A DNA stretch of 64,000 nt from Phycisphaerae bacterium (lineage in GTDB: Bacteria > Planctomycetota > Phycisphaerae > Sedimentisphaerales > UBA12454), in assembly GCA_041478555.1 (NCBI GenBank), contig JBGOWI010000002.1, positions 14,622 through 78,621 of the forward strand. Reading direction: 5' to 3'. Numbering within the stretch: the stretch's first letter is position 1; every line of letters begins with the position of its first letter. The translations under genes and the position numbers were made by a program. The notes below the pieces were generated by a model. That model saw only the letters and a program-made list of their open reading frames with translations. It made no database searches and was not told the origin of the DNA. This document shows positions 35,017 through 44,337 of the stretch, piece after piece.

Positions 35017-35760
35017 ATGAAGAAACTAATTGTTTGTTGTTTTATGTTGGTTGTGTTAAGCATGCCAGCATATGCGGATTTCACTGTGACGACAATTGCC
35101 GACCTGTCTGCATGGCCGGATTCGCCGCAGGTTAAATGCACAGTGAATCCTGGCACTGACACCACACCCGCCAACGGCCAACCCTATTCGCCAGAGCAGA
35201 ACTGGGGTGGTGGCGCTCTGCAGCAGCTTGGTCAGGTTTTTATGGTTCCCAGCTCGTACATCGGAACTCCAACATTGGACAAGGTTGCCGTTAAACTCAG
35301 CGGTACTGCTGGCACCTTGAGCGTCAAGTTGTATGACCTTTGGCCGGGAGACTTCAATGATAATTTCCACGGATGGGGCAATGGCAACCAGGGGACCTTG
35401 AGTCCTGTTAACCTTACGACCAACGCGACTCTCTTGATTAACGACACGTGGGCTTATCCAGGCAGTGCCACCGCGAAGGTGTATCTGTTGGATTTCACTG
35501 GCAGTCAAGAGGTAGCACTTGCGTATGCTGAAAAGTATATGTTCGTACTGGATCATGATAATACTTTTCAGGTGTCGTGGTACCGCAATGGCCTCTATAG
35601 CTACACCGATGGTGATGTGTATAGAGACACCGGCGCGGGTACTACTATGCAGTATGTCAATGGTGCTGGCCGCGAGGCCGGTATGGCTGTCTATATTCCC
35701 GAGCCGGCGACTATCGCTCTGTTAGGTCTTGGACTGGCTTTGCTCAGGAAGCGCAGCTAA
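35017..35760 (+). CDS. Secreted PEP-CTERM-anchored protein (unassigned beta-rich ectodomain)
   Basis: Signal MKKLIVCCFMLVVLSMPAYA and C terminus IPEPATIALLGLGLALLRKRS. A strong RBS taaggaggag is present. Confidence 0.9.
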   Translation: MKKLIVCCFMLVVLSMPAYADFTVTTIADLSAWPDSPQVKCTVNPGTDTTPANGQPYSPEQNWGGGALQQLGQVFMVPSSYIGTPTLDKVAVKLSGTAGTLSVKLYDLWPGDFNDNFHGWGNGNQGTLSPVNLTTNATLLINDTWAYPGSATAKVYLLDFTGSQEVALAYAEKYMFVLDHDNTFQVSWYRNGLYSYTDGDVYRDTGAGTTMQYVNGAGREAGMAVYIPEPATIALLGLGLALLRKRS

Positions 35761-35797
35761 TTTGTAACTGACTATTTATTTAGTTAAGTTAATAAAG

Positions 35798-35847
35798 CGC
35801 CAACGTAGCCTGCACTGAAATGTGCAGGAGACGGAGGCGTTTTTTTT
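35798..35847 (+). terminator. Rho-independent terminator
   Basis: CCTGCAC-tgaaat-GTGCAGG lies within a longer GC stem, followed by T8. Confidence 0.75.
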
Positions 35848-35955
35848 GCGCAGATTTGCCAAAATTTCAGGGTACTTATATCTTCTATCTTTCTGATTGT
35901 GCTTTTTGACGGACCAAAAAACGGAAAAAGAACAAAAGTAAAGAACAAAAAAACC

Positions 35956-36002
35956 TTGACAAGCCCAAACGAGGATGATAATATCAAGTAAACGTTTACT
36001 TG
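35956..36002 (+). promoter_or_regulatory. Promoter plus LacI-type operator, copy B
   Basis: TTGACA-17 nt-TAATAT, then the perfect 18-bp palindrome CAAGTAAACGTTTACTTG (35985-36002). Confidence 0.7.
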
Positions 36003-36208
36003 TTCTTTAGTTATTAGAATGTGCAATTATCGGGTGTTGACAAGTCCCCCCATAAGGGAGGAGGACGAAATTAATTTCCCAAAGAGTGTAACGACATGCT
36101 CCGAATGCAGGCAGAGTTTGGATGTGTGTATCGGGTTTGTATAGAAATGTTTGAAAAAAACATTAAGGAAATAACAGGTAAAAATTATTATAATTAGGAG
36201 AGGGTGCT
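36003..36208 (+). promoter_or_regulatory. Conserved 5' leader, copy B (shared core, different 3' part)
   Basis: The core 36003-36125 matches copies A and C. The 3' part carries an AATGTTT-gaaaaa-AAACATT hairpin that is also found at 63785-63803. Confidence 0.45.
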
Positions 36209-37975
36209 ATGAAATATAAAATTGAATTATTAATTGTGGCTTCGGTGTTTTTTTGCCTGTTACTGGCGCAGGCTGCCCCGGCCGGCAACACGATGAAAAC
36301 TCTCTATATAGATGGAGTGAAGGTCAATGAGACTAATGACAACACCAGTGGTCTTACTTGGCCTGAGCCGCCGAAGGACCGTATAACGATTGGAGCTGAG
36401 AACGACCGCTGGTACCTCTATAACGAATATATTGGAAAAATTGATGATTTCGCGGTTTACGCAGGTGTTCTGAGCGCTACCCGCATAAAGGCGCATTACG
36501 ATGCTAACGCGGACTATACTGCTTATAAAAATGCAGTGCAGGCGGATGCACCGTTACTATGGCTGAGGTTTGATGATGCCAGCGTGGCTAACGAAGCTGC
36601 TGCTGAAAATTCAGGCAGCATAGGGATAGACGGCAATTACGTTCAAACAGGCGGCAGCCCTTTTACTCAGGTACCCGGTTTCAATGCCGACAGTAATGCT
36701 TTAAACTTCCCTGATACTGTTGCTGATGCTGCCGGCCACTGTGTGGACATGTGGGACGGCAACGGGGACTTCGGCGAGGACCTCGATGGTGATGTAACAG
36801 TCGAGCTATGGGTCAACTTTACCGACATTGGTAACCCATTGGAGCCTGAAAACGACTGGCCGAGATTTTACCAGCACGGAGGCGGTTATGGTCTTATGGT
36901 TAGCGGCCCCAACGAATTAGGTATTCAAGGCGGCGATGCTACAAATTATATAGGTTTTCCAGATGAAAATGACATTAATGACGGTCAGTGGCACCACATT
37001 GTCGTTACCTATGACTCAACTTACGGGGCGCCAAATCTACCGCCTGCCGCCACGTATGTCGAGGAGGTGAACAAGGATAATCCCGTCCTGTGGCTGCGGT
37101 TTGAGGATACTCAACCGAAAGACTACTCTGTCGCCGACGGCAACCATTGGGTTGGTTATGGTACTGCGTTGAGCATTGTAGATAAAGTTGGCGGAATCGG
37201 AAAGTCCGCTTACTTAAATGGTCCAGATGATGGAGCCGTCTATTGTGCTGCAGCGACGAATAACCCGAACGCACCTCCCTTAGTTAGCGAGAGCTATGAA
37301 GTTTTTGATAACAATTATGCCTTTGCCCCCAACGACATAACTTTTGAGATGTGGTACAAGACCCTTCCGACCGGCCAGCCGCAGCCGGGAGACTACGGTA
37401 TATTCTTCCAGCAGTTAGGGAGTGATGAGCCAAGGGCTCCGGGTGTGAGTAATTCCGGCGGCACAATACGTGTTTTCTGCGGCAGTGACACTTGGTATAG
37501 CGGCGTGAGCTCATATTTCGACCAGAAGTGGCATCAATTAGTCGTTACTTATGATGAAGAATACGAAGGCGACCCTTGTTCAATGCACGTACAATTGTAT
37601 TTGGATGGTATTAAAAAGGGCGATGCGAATTTCACCGGCACTGGAGCAAAACTTGGGCCTGAATTGTCTCACGTTATGGTCGGCGCTGAAAGGGACATTG
37701 GGTATACCTGGAATCCATTTCGCGGGTATGTCGATGAGTTTGCTATCTACGCGGGCATCCTGGACCCAAACCGTGTCCTGACTCATTACTCGGCCTGGCA
37801 GCCCCACAATTGTGCGGAGATGTGGGATAGAGGGTTTGGATTGGCTGGCGACTTAAACCACGACTGCAAGGTGAACTTTGCTGATTTTGCCGAGCTTGCG
37901 TTAGACTGGGCAAGCTGCAACGAGCCAAATGCTCCAGGGCAGCCGCCTATCCCGGGTTGCACCCCAAACTGGTAA
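36209..37975 (+). CDS. Secreted multi-LamG (concanavalin-A-like lectin) protein with a C-terminal Cys-containing dockerin-like tail
   Basis: A signal peptide is present. IDDFAVYAGVLSATRIKAHY and VDEFAIYAGILDPNRVLTHY are LamG ends. The tail reads GDLNHDCKVNFADFAELALDWASCNEPNAPGQPPIPGCTPNW. Confidence 0.85.
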   Translation: MKYKIELLIVASVFFCLLLAQAAPAGNTMKTLYIDGVKVNETNDNTSGLTWPEPPKDRITIGAENDRWYLYNEYIGKIDDFAVYAGVLSATRIKAHYDANADYTAYKNAVQADAPLLWLRFDDASVANEAAAENSGSIGIDGNYVQTGGSPFTQVPGFNADSNALNFPDTVADAAGHCVDMWDGNGDFGEDLDGDVTVELWVNFTDIGNPLEPENDWPRFYQHGGGYGLMVSGPNELGIQGGDATNYIGFPDENDINDGQWHHIVVTYDSTYGAPNLPPAATYVEEVNKDNPVLWLRFEDTQPKDYSVADGNHWVGYGTALSIVDKVGGIGKSAYLNGPDDGAVYCAAATNNPNAPPLVSESYEVFDNNYAFAPNDITFEMWYKTLPTGQPQPGDYGIFFQQLGSDEPRAPGVSNSGGTIRVFCGSDTWYSGVSSYFDQKWHQLVVTYDEEYEGDPCSMHVQLYLDGIKKGDANFTGTGAKLGPELSHVMVGAERDIGYTWNPFRGYVDEFAIYAGILDPNRVLTHYSAWQPHNCAEMWDRGFGLAGDLNHDCKVNFADFAELALDWASCNEPNAPGQPPIPGCTPNW

Positions 37976-37999
37976 TAAAAGCTTAATCGTTAATAAAAC

Positions 38000-38041
38000 G
38001 TCAACGTAGCCTCCTTGGGAGGAGACCGAGGCGTTTTTTTT
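38000..38041 (+). terminator. Rho-independent terminator
   Basis: A CCTCC-ttg-GGAGG core stem within a longer pairing, followed by T8. Confidence 0.6.
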
Positions 38042-38157
38042 GCGCAGATATGGCCAAAATTTCAGAGTGCTTATGTCTTCTATCTTCCTGATTGTCTGAT
38101 TGTGCTTTTTGACGGACCAAAAAACGGAAAAAGAACAAAAGAAAGAACAAAAAAACC

Positions 38158-38204
38158 TTGACAAGCCCAAACGAGAATGATACTATTAAGTAAACGTTTA
38201 CTTG
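38158..38204 (+). promoter_or_regulatory. Promoter plus LacI-type operator, copy C
   Basis: TTGACA-17 nt-TACTAT, then AAGTAAACGTTTACTT (38188-38203). Confidence 0.7.
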
Positions 38205-38439
38205 TTCTTTAGTCATTAGGATGTGTCGTTATCGGGTGTTGACAAGTCCCCCATAGGGAGGAGGACGAAATCAATTTCCCAAAGAGTGTAAAAGATATGC
38301 TCCGAATGCAGTCAGAGTTTGGAAGTGTGTCTTGTAAAATTTATTTGTAGTGTTTGGTATTCGAATGTTAAACTTTTAAAGTGTCGTATTTGTAACCCGA
38401 AAGAAGAAGTTTCCTTAATTTTTTTAAGGAGGAGCAGAA
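38205..38439 (+). promoter_or_regulatory. Conserved ~240-nt 5' leader, copy C
   Basis: Near-identical to copy A, including the SD-covering hairpin at 38412-38430. Confidence 0.5.
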
Positions 38440-39192
38440 ATGAGAAAATTATTTGTTTTGTTAGTTGTAGCAGCTTTGAGCATGTCGGCCTATGCAGATA
38501 AGGTTATAGGCACCTGGGAGGTTGGAGAGGTTAACGGCGGTGGATGGAGTGATTGGTCCAGCCAAGCCCGCATTGGTCCGTTCCCTCAAACTATAAATGG
38601 CAACACGTATAACCAAAGCACAATTGGTGTTTCTAATGGGAACAACTCCCTGTCGGTGGCCGCAAAATCAGGTTGGCAGCAGTGCTTGACTATTCGTAAC
38701 TATCAGAGCACATTAGGTTTTTACATGTCGGATTTCCTCAATAACAACAAATTCCAGATTGACGTTACCTATGATAGCGGTAGCTGGCCCTCAAATACGA
38801 GTTATGCTCAGGTGTACCAGTTAGCTATGCAGACCTCAGGCTATGGAATGCATGATGTAGGTGGAACAGCTGCCCCAACCGGCGCCAATGGCGTAGTGTT
38901 TACTGATACGCTCAACCCGGGTTATCCGGGAGGTTTACCCCTTGTGAATCAGGGTACGCCGGGAACCGTCCTATCGGGAACATGGACGTGGGATTACTCC
39001 GCAATATTACCCGGAGGGTCCTATACCGGTAACAAAGTTTCGGCTTCCGATTCGTATGTGAATATTATGTTCGCATTGAATTCCAATGCGGCCGGGACTT
39101 ACTACTTCGACAATGCCCGGCTTACTCCCGAGCCGACGACAATCGCTCTGCTGGGTCTTGGATTGGCTCTGCTCAGGAAGAAAAGAAGCTAA
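38440..39192 (+). CDS. Secreted PEP-CTERM-anchored protein (unassigned beta-rich ectodomain)
   Basis: Signal MRKLFVLLVVAALSMSAYA and C terminus LTPEPTTIALLGLGLALLRKKRS. Confidence 0.9.
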   Translation: MRKLFVLLVVAALSMSAYADKVIGTWEVGEVNGGGWSDWSSQARIGPFPQTINGNTYNQSTIGVSNGNNSLSVAAKSGWQQCLTIRNYQSTLGFYMSDFLNNNKFQIDVTYDSGSWPSNTSYAQVYQLAMQTSGYGMHDVGGTAAPTGANGVVFTDTLNPGYPGGLPLVNQGTPGTVLSGTWTWDYSAILPGGSYTGNKVSASDSYVNIMFALNSNAAGTYYFDNARLTPEPTTIALLGLGLALLRKKRS

Positions 39193-39228
39193 GAAGCTGA
39201 TTCACAACTAAGTATTATTAGCAATTAA

Positions 39229-39279
39229 GCGCCACCTGTTCCTACAGTAATCATTGTGGGAAACAGGGGCGCTTTTTTT
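39229..39279 (+). terminator. Rho-independent terminator
   Basis: GCGCCACCTGTTCC-loop-GGAAACAGGGGCGC followed by T7. Confidence 0.8.
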
Positions 39280-39423
39280 ATAACTTTCAAAAAATTATCA
39301 CATCGTTTCTCCTAAGAAATTCTGAAAGGTTAAAATAACGTTTGACAAGATTCGGCAAACGATATAAATAGGAAAACCTTGTTGGGAACTGTTCAACCTG
39401 TTTATAAAAAGGATTAAAGGCTT

Positions 39424-40584
39424 ATGGACAAAGTTCGTATCGGACTTATTGGTTATGGAGCGATGGGTAAGAACCATGCCAAATATCTTATTGGCGGTGA
39501 AGTGCCTGATGCTGAATTAACCGCCATCTGCGATATTTCTGCTGAAAATCTCAATCGGGCAAAAAACGACCTTGCAGGTATCAGGATTGGGTTTTTTGAC
39601 GATTCGAAAAAACTTATGGAGTCCGGCCTGGCAGATGCGGTCTTTATCGCGGTGCCGCATTATGACCATCCTGACCTGATTATCGCGGCCCTGGAGCATA
39701 ATCTGCACGTCCTGACTGAAAAGCCTGTGGGCGTCTATACAAAGAATGTTCGAAAGGTAAATGCTATTGCTGCCAAAAGTAAAAAAGTTTTCGGAATAAT
39801 GTTTAATCAGCGCACCAATCCGGTCCATCAGAAGCTGCATCAGATGATTGCCTCAGGCGAGCTTGGCGAAATCAAACGCACCAACTGGATTATAACGATT
39901 TGGTATCGCTCGCAGAGTTATTACGATGCGGGCGGCTGGCGTGCAACGTGGGCCGGCGAAGGCGGGGGAGTTCTGCTGAATCAATGTCCGCACCAGCTGG
40001 ACCTGTGGCAGTGGATTTGCGGAATGCCCAAGCGTGTTCGGGCTTTCTGCAGTTTCGGCAAATACCACAACATTGAAGTCGAAGATGATGTTACTGCCTA
40101 TGTGGAGTATGAAAACGGCGCTACAGGTGTCTTTATCGCCACTACAGGCGAGACGCCCGGCTCAAACCGTTTTGAGATAGCCGGCGACAACGGTAAAATA
40201 ATCCTTGGGGACGAAGGAATCACATTCTGGAAAAACGCTGTTCCTGAGCGGCAGTTTAATCGCGAATTTAAGGGAGGTTTTGGTGCGCCGGAAAATAAAA
40301 AAATCGAGATTACTGTCGAAGGCAGGGGCGAGGAACACAAAGGTATTGTAAAAGACTGGGTCAAGGCGATTTTGACCGGCTCGCCTCTTCTTGCTGGCGG
40401 CATAGAAGGAATAAACAGCCTCCAGTTATCTAATGCAATGCTGCTGTCAACCTGGCTGGATGACTGGGTCCGGCTGCCTATTGATGATGAGCTTTTTTTT
40501 CAAAAGCTTCAGGAGAAAATCAAAAGTTCAAGGTTCAGGAAGGTAACAAGGAAAGTAGAAATGGACGCTACAGGAACGTATTAA
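39424..40584 (+). CDS. Gfo/Idh/MocA family NAD(P)-dependent oxidoreductase
   Basis: VRIGLIGYGAMGKNHAKYL is a Rossmann N terminus; EKPV and the C-terminal alpha/beta domain are typical. Confidence 0.85.
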   Translation: MDKVRIGLIGYGAMGKNHAKYLIGGEVPDAELTAICDISAENLNRAKNDLAGIRIGFFDDSKKLMESGLADAVFIAVPHYDHPDLIIAALEHNLHVLTEKPVGVYTKNVRKVNAIAAKSKKVFGIMFNQRTNPVHQKLHQMIASGELGEIKRTNWIITIWYRSQSYYDAGGWRATWAGEGGGVLLNQCPHQLDLWQWICGMPKRVRAFCSFGKYHNIEVEDDVTAYVEYENGATGVFIATTGETPGSNRFEIAGDNGKIILGDEGITFWKNAVPERQFNREFKGGFGAPENKKIEITVEGRGEEHKGIVKDWVKAILTGSPLLAGGIEGINSLQLSNAMLLSTWLDDWVRLPIDDELFFQKLQEKIKSSRFRKVTRKVEMDATGTY

Positions 40585-40611
40585 CATCAATTTTTTAAAA
40601 GGAAGGCAGGA

Positions 40612-41484
40612 ATGTACCTGACAGGTTTTGCTGATGAAGCGGCTGCGGATATTGACGGCCAGATTAGAGCGACGAAAGAACTCGGCTGGAAAAACATAGA
40701 AAGCAGGAATGTAAACGGCAAAAATATCCACGACATTTCCGACAGAGAGTTTGATATTGTCTGCGGCAAACTTGCCGATGCCGGGATAAAAATCAACTGT
40801 TTCGGCTCGACGATAGCCAACTGGGGCAAAAAAATCACAGAGCCCTTTGATTCTTCGCTTGCAGAGGCCAAAAGAGCGGTCCCGCGAATGCAGAAATCAG
40901 GCTGCAAATTAATACGCATAATGAGTTTTGCCGTTCTTGAAGACCGCGAATCGAACGACCAGATGGAGCAGGAGCGGTTTCGCCGCGTCCGCCAGTTGCA
41001 TAAAATGTTTGCCGATGCCGGCCTTACCGCCGTTCACGAAAATTGCATGAACTACGGCGGTATGGGCTGGACTTATACTCTCAAACTCATCGAAAACGTT
41101 CCGGGTCTCAAACTTGTATTCGATACCGGCAATCCGGTCTTTACAGACGACCGCACAAAGTCAAAACCTTACCCCAAGCAGTCGTCGTGGGAATTTTACA
41201 GCCATGTTAAAGAACATATAGAATATGTGCATATTAAAGACTGTGTCTGGGATTGGGCTGCCGGCAAACCTAAATTTACTTTTGCGGGCGAAGGCAATGG
41301 CGACGTAAAACGAATCGTCGAGGACCTGCTCAAAAGCGGATATGACGGCGGTATATCAATGGAACCGCATCTGGCTGTTGTATTTCACGACAAAACCGTC
41401 AAGAGCGAAGATGCGGTCAAATATGCAAATTATGTGGAATACGGCCGACGCTTTATGGCTATGCTGAAAGAACTGAAAAACTGA
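40612..41484 (+). CDS. Sugar phosphate isomerase/epimerase (xylose-isomerase-like TIM barrel)
   Basis: Length and motifs (..HENC.., ..DTGN.., ..VHIKD.., ..SMEPH..) fit the AP_endonuc_2 family. Confidence 0.8.
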   Translation: MYLTGFADEAAADIDGQIRATKELGWKNIESRNVNGKNIHDISDREFDIVCGKLADAGIKINCFGSTIANWGKKITEPFDSSLAEAKRAVPRMQKSGCKLIRIMSFAVLEDRESNDQMEQERFRRVRQLHKMFADAGLTAVHENCMNYGGMGWTYTLKLIENVPGLKLVFDTGNPVFTDDRTKSKPYPKQSSWEFYSHVKEHIEYVHIKDCVWDWAAGKPKFTFAGEGNGDVKRIVEDLLKSGYDGGISMEPHLAVVFHDKTVKSEDAVKYANYVEYGRRFMAMLKELKN

Positions 41485-41592
41485 TAACCGTTCAGTGCGG
41501 TGTTCTATTGATTGAAGATGTAAAACTTAAAGCTAAAAACCGAAGCTTAAAGCACAAAACCACAACGAACATTCCAAAATCTGCAGTTGTTA

Positions 41593-43329
41593 TCAATTTT
41601 GTTGCGAATTTGTCTTAGCTTTTGGCGGTTCCGGCATCTTGCCTTGTTTGGCCAGCACTAACGCAAGGTTGTTGCGGGCTGGTTCATAATCCGGTTTTAG
41701 CGCCAGCGCCTTTCTGTAGTTTACCTCCGCCAGGGTGAGGTTGCCTTTTTGGGCGTATGCCGAACCCAGATTGTTGTACATCTTGTGCATATCCGGCCAG
41801 TCATTTCTTTCCTGCAGTGCCTCGGTAAGACAGGTGATGGCTTCATCGAGTTTCTTCTGTTCCAGTAGCGTTGTGCAGAGATTCCCGCGGGCCTCCGGAT
41901 AACCGGGGCAGATACGGAGAGCCTCCTTAAAGTGCTGGGTTGCTTCTTCGTATCGTCCCTGCTCGAAGAGATACAGACCATAGTTGTCGTGCATAACGAA
42001 GTTGTTCCTGGTGACGGCAATAGCTCGTTGATAAAGCGTAGGGCTGTCCCGCCAGTAACCCACCTGAATCCGCGTCAACAGCACCATAGCAATCAACACC
42101 GCAGTGGCTGCGGCTGCTGCCAGTGGCTTTGGATGCGGCAGTTTCGCAAAAATTTCAGTTGTGCCCCATGCTATTATGATAAAGATGCCTATTGAAGGCA
42201 GATAGGTGTACCGGTCGGCCATAATCTGGCTGCCCACCTGTACCAGCCCAATCACCGGTACCAGCGTTCCGAGATACCACAGAAGGCCAACGACCAGCCA
42301 GCGCCTGCCTCGCCCCCATACCTTCAGCAGCACTATTACTCCAACAACCGCCAGCACTACAGCGTCTATTGTTGGCTTGTCCGAAAGCGGATACAAAGCC
42401 GCCAAACCTTTCGGATAAAGCATTTTCATAATGTAATTAAAATAACATCCCAGTGCGTTTATTACGCGGGTAGGCAAAGGCCAAGCCTTTAAGCTCCACA
42501 CTACCTCGCCGTGTTGCTGTGCGACGAAGGTAACGACACTCAGAACTGCCGACAGCGCAAACAGGGGGACTTTCTCCGTCACTAACCATCCCACCGCTGT
42601 TTTTTGGGGAGACGGTCCGTTTGGTGTGGCTTCGGACAGATTTGTATTTTCAATTTGGCATCCCCATTTGACTCTGTCAAGGGGCCAATAGTCGAGAAGC
42701 AGCAATACGAATGGCAGAGTGACCACCACCGGCTTGGTCATAATGCACAGGGCGTATGTCCCACAAAGCAATATGTATCGTCTAATGGCTGGTTGCTTAG
42801 TGTACCAAACATACACGGCCATTGTGAGAAACCAGAAAAGACCGCTCAGCACCGTTTTTCGTTCTGCAACCCAGGCAACCGACTCCACCTGGAGCGGGTG
42901 CATCGCAAAGACCCCGGCCACGAATGCACTTGCCCATATTGTCCCGGTCATTTCTTTGAGAATCCAGAAAAGCAGCAGCGAGTTCACAGTATGAAATAGC
43001 ACACTGATGAGGTGATGTCCACGCGGGTTCAGTCCGAAAAGCTGGCAATCCAATATATGACTTAGTGTGGTTAAGGGATGCCACATATGGGCATGTGGCT
43101 CGGTGAATGCCCAGATAATTGACTGGCGAGTTATCCCGCCGGTTACGTTGGGATTTTCTGTCACATATATGTGGTCGTCGTATCGGACGAAGTCGTTGTG
43201 CCGTACCGGCTCATAGGCAATAAAAGTGCTCACTGCCAGAGCCAAGTAAATCAGGAAAACATACAACTTGCTACGTACTTGCTTTGCCATCAGGTCTATT
43301 CCTGCAAATGAACCAAGTCTGCTTGGCAT
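41593..43329 (-). CDS. TMTC-like GT-C (DUF1736) membrane protein with a short TPR tail; paralog of 32168-34423
   Basis: YDDHIYVTENPNV..MWHPLTTLSHILDCQLFG..HHLISVLFH. An alternative start is ATG 43290 (MAKQVRSKLYVF). Confidence 0.75.
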   Translation of the reverse strand: MPSRLGSFAGIDLMAKQVRSKLYVFLIYLALAVSTFIAYEPVRHNDFVRYDDHIYVTENPNVTGGITRQSIIWAFTEPHAHMWHPLTTLSHILDCQLFGLNPRGHHLISVLFHTVNSLLLFWILKEMTGTIWASAFVAGVFAMHPLQVESVAWVAERKTVLSGLFWFLTMAVYVWYTKQPAIRRYILLCGTYALCIMTKPVVVTLPFVLLLLDYWPLDRVKWGCQIENTNLSEATPNGPSPQKTAVGWLVTEKVPLFALSAVLSVVTFVAQQHGEVVWSLKAWPLPTRVINALGCYFNYIMKMLYPKGLAALYPLSDKPTIDAVVLAVVGVIVLLKVWGRGRRWLVVGLLWYLGTLVPVIGLVQVGSQIMADRYTYLPSIGIFIIIAWGTTEIFAKLPHPKPLAAAAATAVLIAMVLLTRIQVGYWRDSPTLYQRAIAVTRNNFVMHDNYGLYLFEQGRYEEATQHFKEALRICPGYPEARGNLCTTLLEQKKLDEAITCLTEALQERNDWPDMHKMYNNLGSAYAQKGNLTLAEVNYRKALALKPDYEPARNNLALVLAKQGKMPEPPKAKTNSQQN

Positions 43330-43331
43330 TT

Positions 43332-44312
43332 TTAGTGTTGGCGTTTCCCTTTGTCAAGAAACTCCTGACAGGCGATGTCCTGCCATTTCGGCTCAAGTCC
43401 GATTGCAACATTGTCGCCGTAGTATCCGGCGATAAAGCCTCCTCTGCCTTTCCACAATTTATCGAGCATTTCTCTTGCCTTGTTGCGGATGACTTTTTCA
43501 TTACGTGTCTGAAGAGTCTTTTGAATATCCACAGGGCACCAGAACGTAATCCTGCTTTGTTTCTGATATTCTGCAAGCTGGTCGATGCCGTGAAGGTCGG
43601 GCTGGTCGAACTGGAGAACCTCAATGCCGGCCTTTATCAGCCCCGGCACAATCGCACTGATTTTGCCGCAGGAATGCATAAAGACCTTTATGCCGCATTG
43701 ATGAGCGATTCCGCAGAGTTTAACAAATCTTGGGGAAAATTCCTCGTGCCACAGATTAGGGCTGATAAACAACTGGCTCTGGGTTCCCCAGTCTTCGGGA
43801 AACATTACACAGTCTGCTCCTGCTTTGGCATGGTTGCGAATCATATACTCCAGGAGCACATCAATTTTGTCATGTAAAATTCTTATCTTCTCTCTTTCCA
43901 GCATAATAGCCATCAGGTAATTTTCCAGTTTGAAAATCTTGTTTGCTATATTAAAGGTAAAGCCCGGCATTCCGCCTATCAGCCATTTATCCTTATTTTT
44001 GGCTCTTGCATCGACAACGGTTTGGTAATCCTCAAATCTGGAATAATCCGGCAGCTCATAGCCGGCTATCTGGGATACGTCGGACAAAACTCCCTTTACC
44101 ACTTCGCCTTTTGAAGTGGCATCCAGTCTTTGCCATATATTGCCGTACTCATCGGTTCTTTCCCATTTGCCGGGAGCGATTTGGACCCAGTCAGTAGCGC
44201 CAGTCTTTACCTTATCGTTAACCCAGATGAAATCCGAATCACCGAACGAGCGTGCTACTCGCGGGGGATTGCGGAAACTCAAGGTTCTTTCAACGATTTC
44301 TTTCGATGTCAT
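43332..44312 (-). CDS. Uroporphyrinogen-decarboxylase (URO-D/MtaA-like) family protein
   Basis: 326 aa; ..FPEDWGTQ.. and ..HSCGKISAIVPGLIKAGIEVLQFDQP.. are typical of URO-D-like TIM barrels. Confidence 0.65.
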   Translation of the reverse strand: MTSKEIVERTLSFRNPPRVARSFGDSDFIWVNDKVKTGATDWVQIAPGKWERTDEYGNIWQRLDATSKGEVVKGVLSDVSQIAGYELPDYSRFEDYQTVVDARAKNKDKWLIGGMPGFTFNIANKIFKLENYLMAIMLEREKIRILHDKIDVLLEYMIRNHAKAGADCVMFPEDWGTQSQLFISPNLWHEEFSPRFVKLCGIAHQCGIKVFMHSCGKISAIVPGLIKAGIEVLQFDQPDLHGIDQLAEYQKQSRITFWCPVDIQKTLQTRNEKVIRNKAREMLDKLWKGRGGFIAGYYGDNVAIGLEPKWQDIACQEFLDKGKRQH

Positions 44313-44337
44313 TGCCGTTTAATCGTCTGCCTTTCTG

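Noticed and set aside
39330-39375. LacI-operator-like half site (aataacgtttgac) overlapping a TTGACA promoter upstream of the oxidoreductase gene
   Set aside because: Only the central ACGTTT is shared and there is no dyad symmetry. It is too weak to call.
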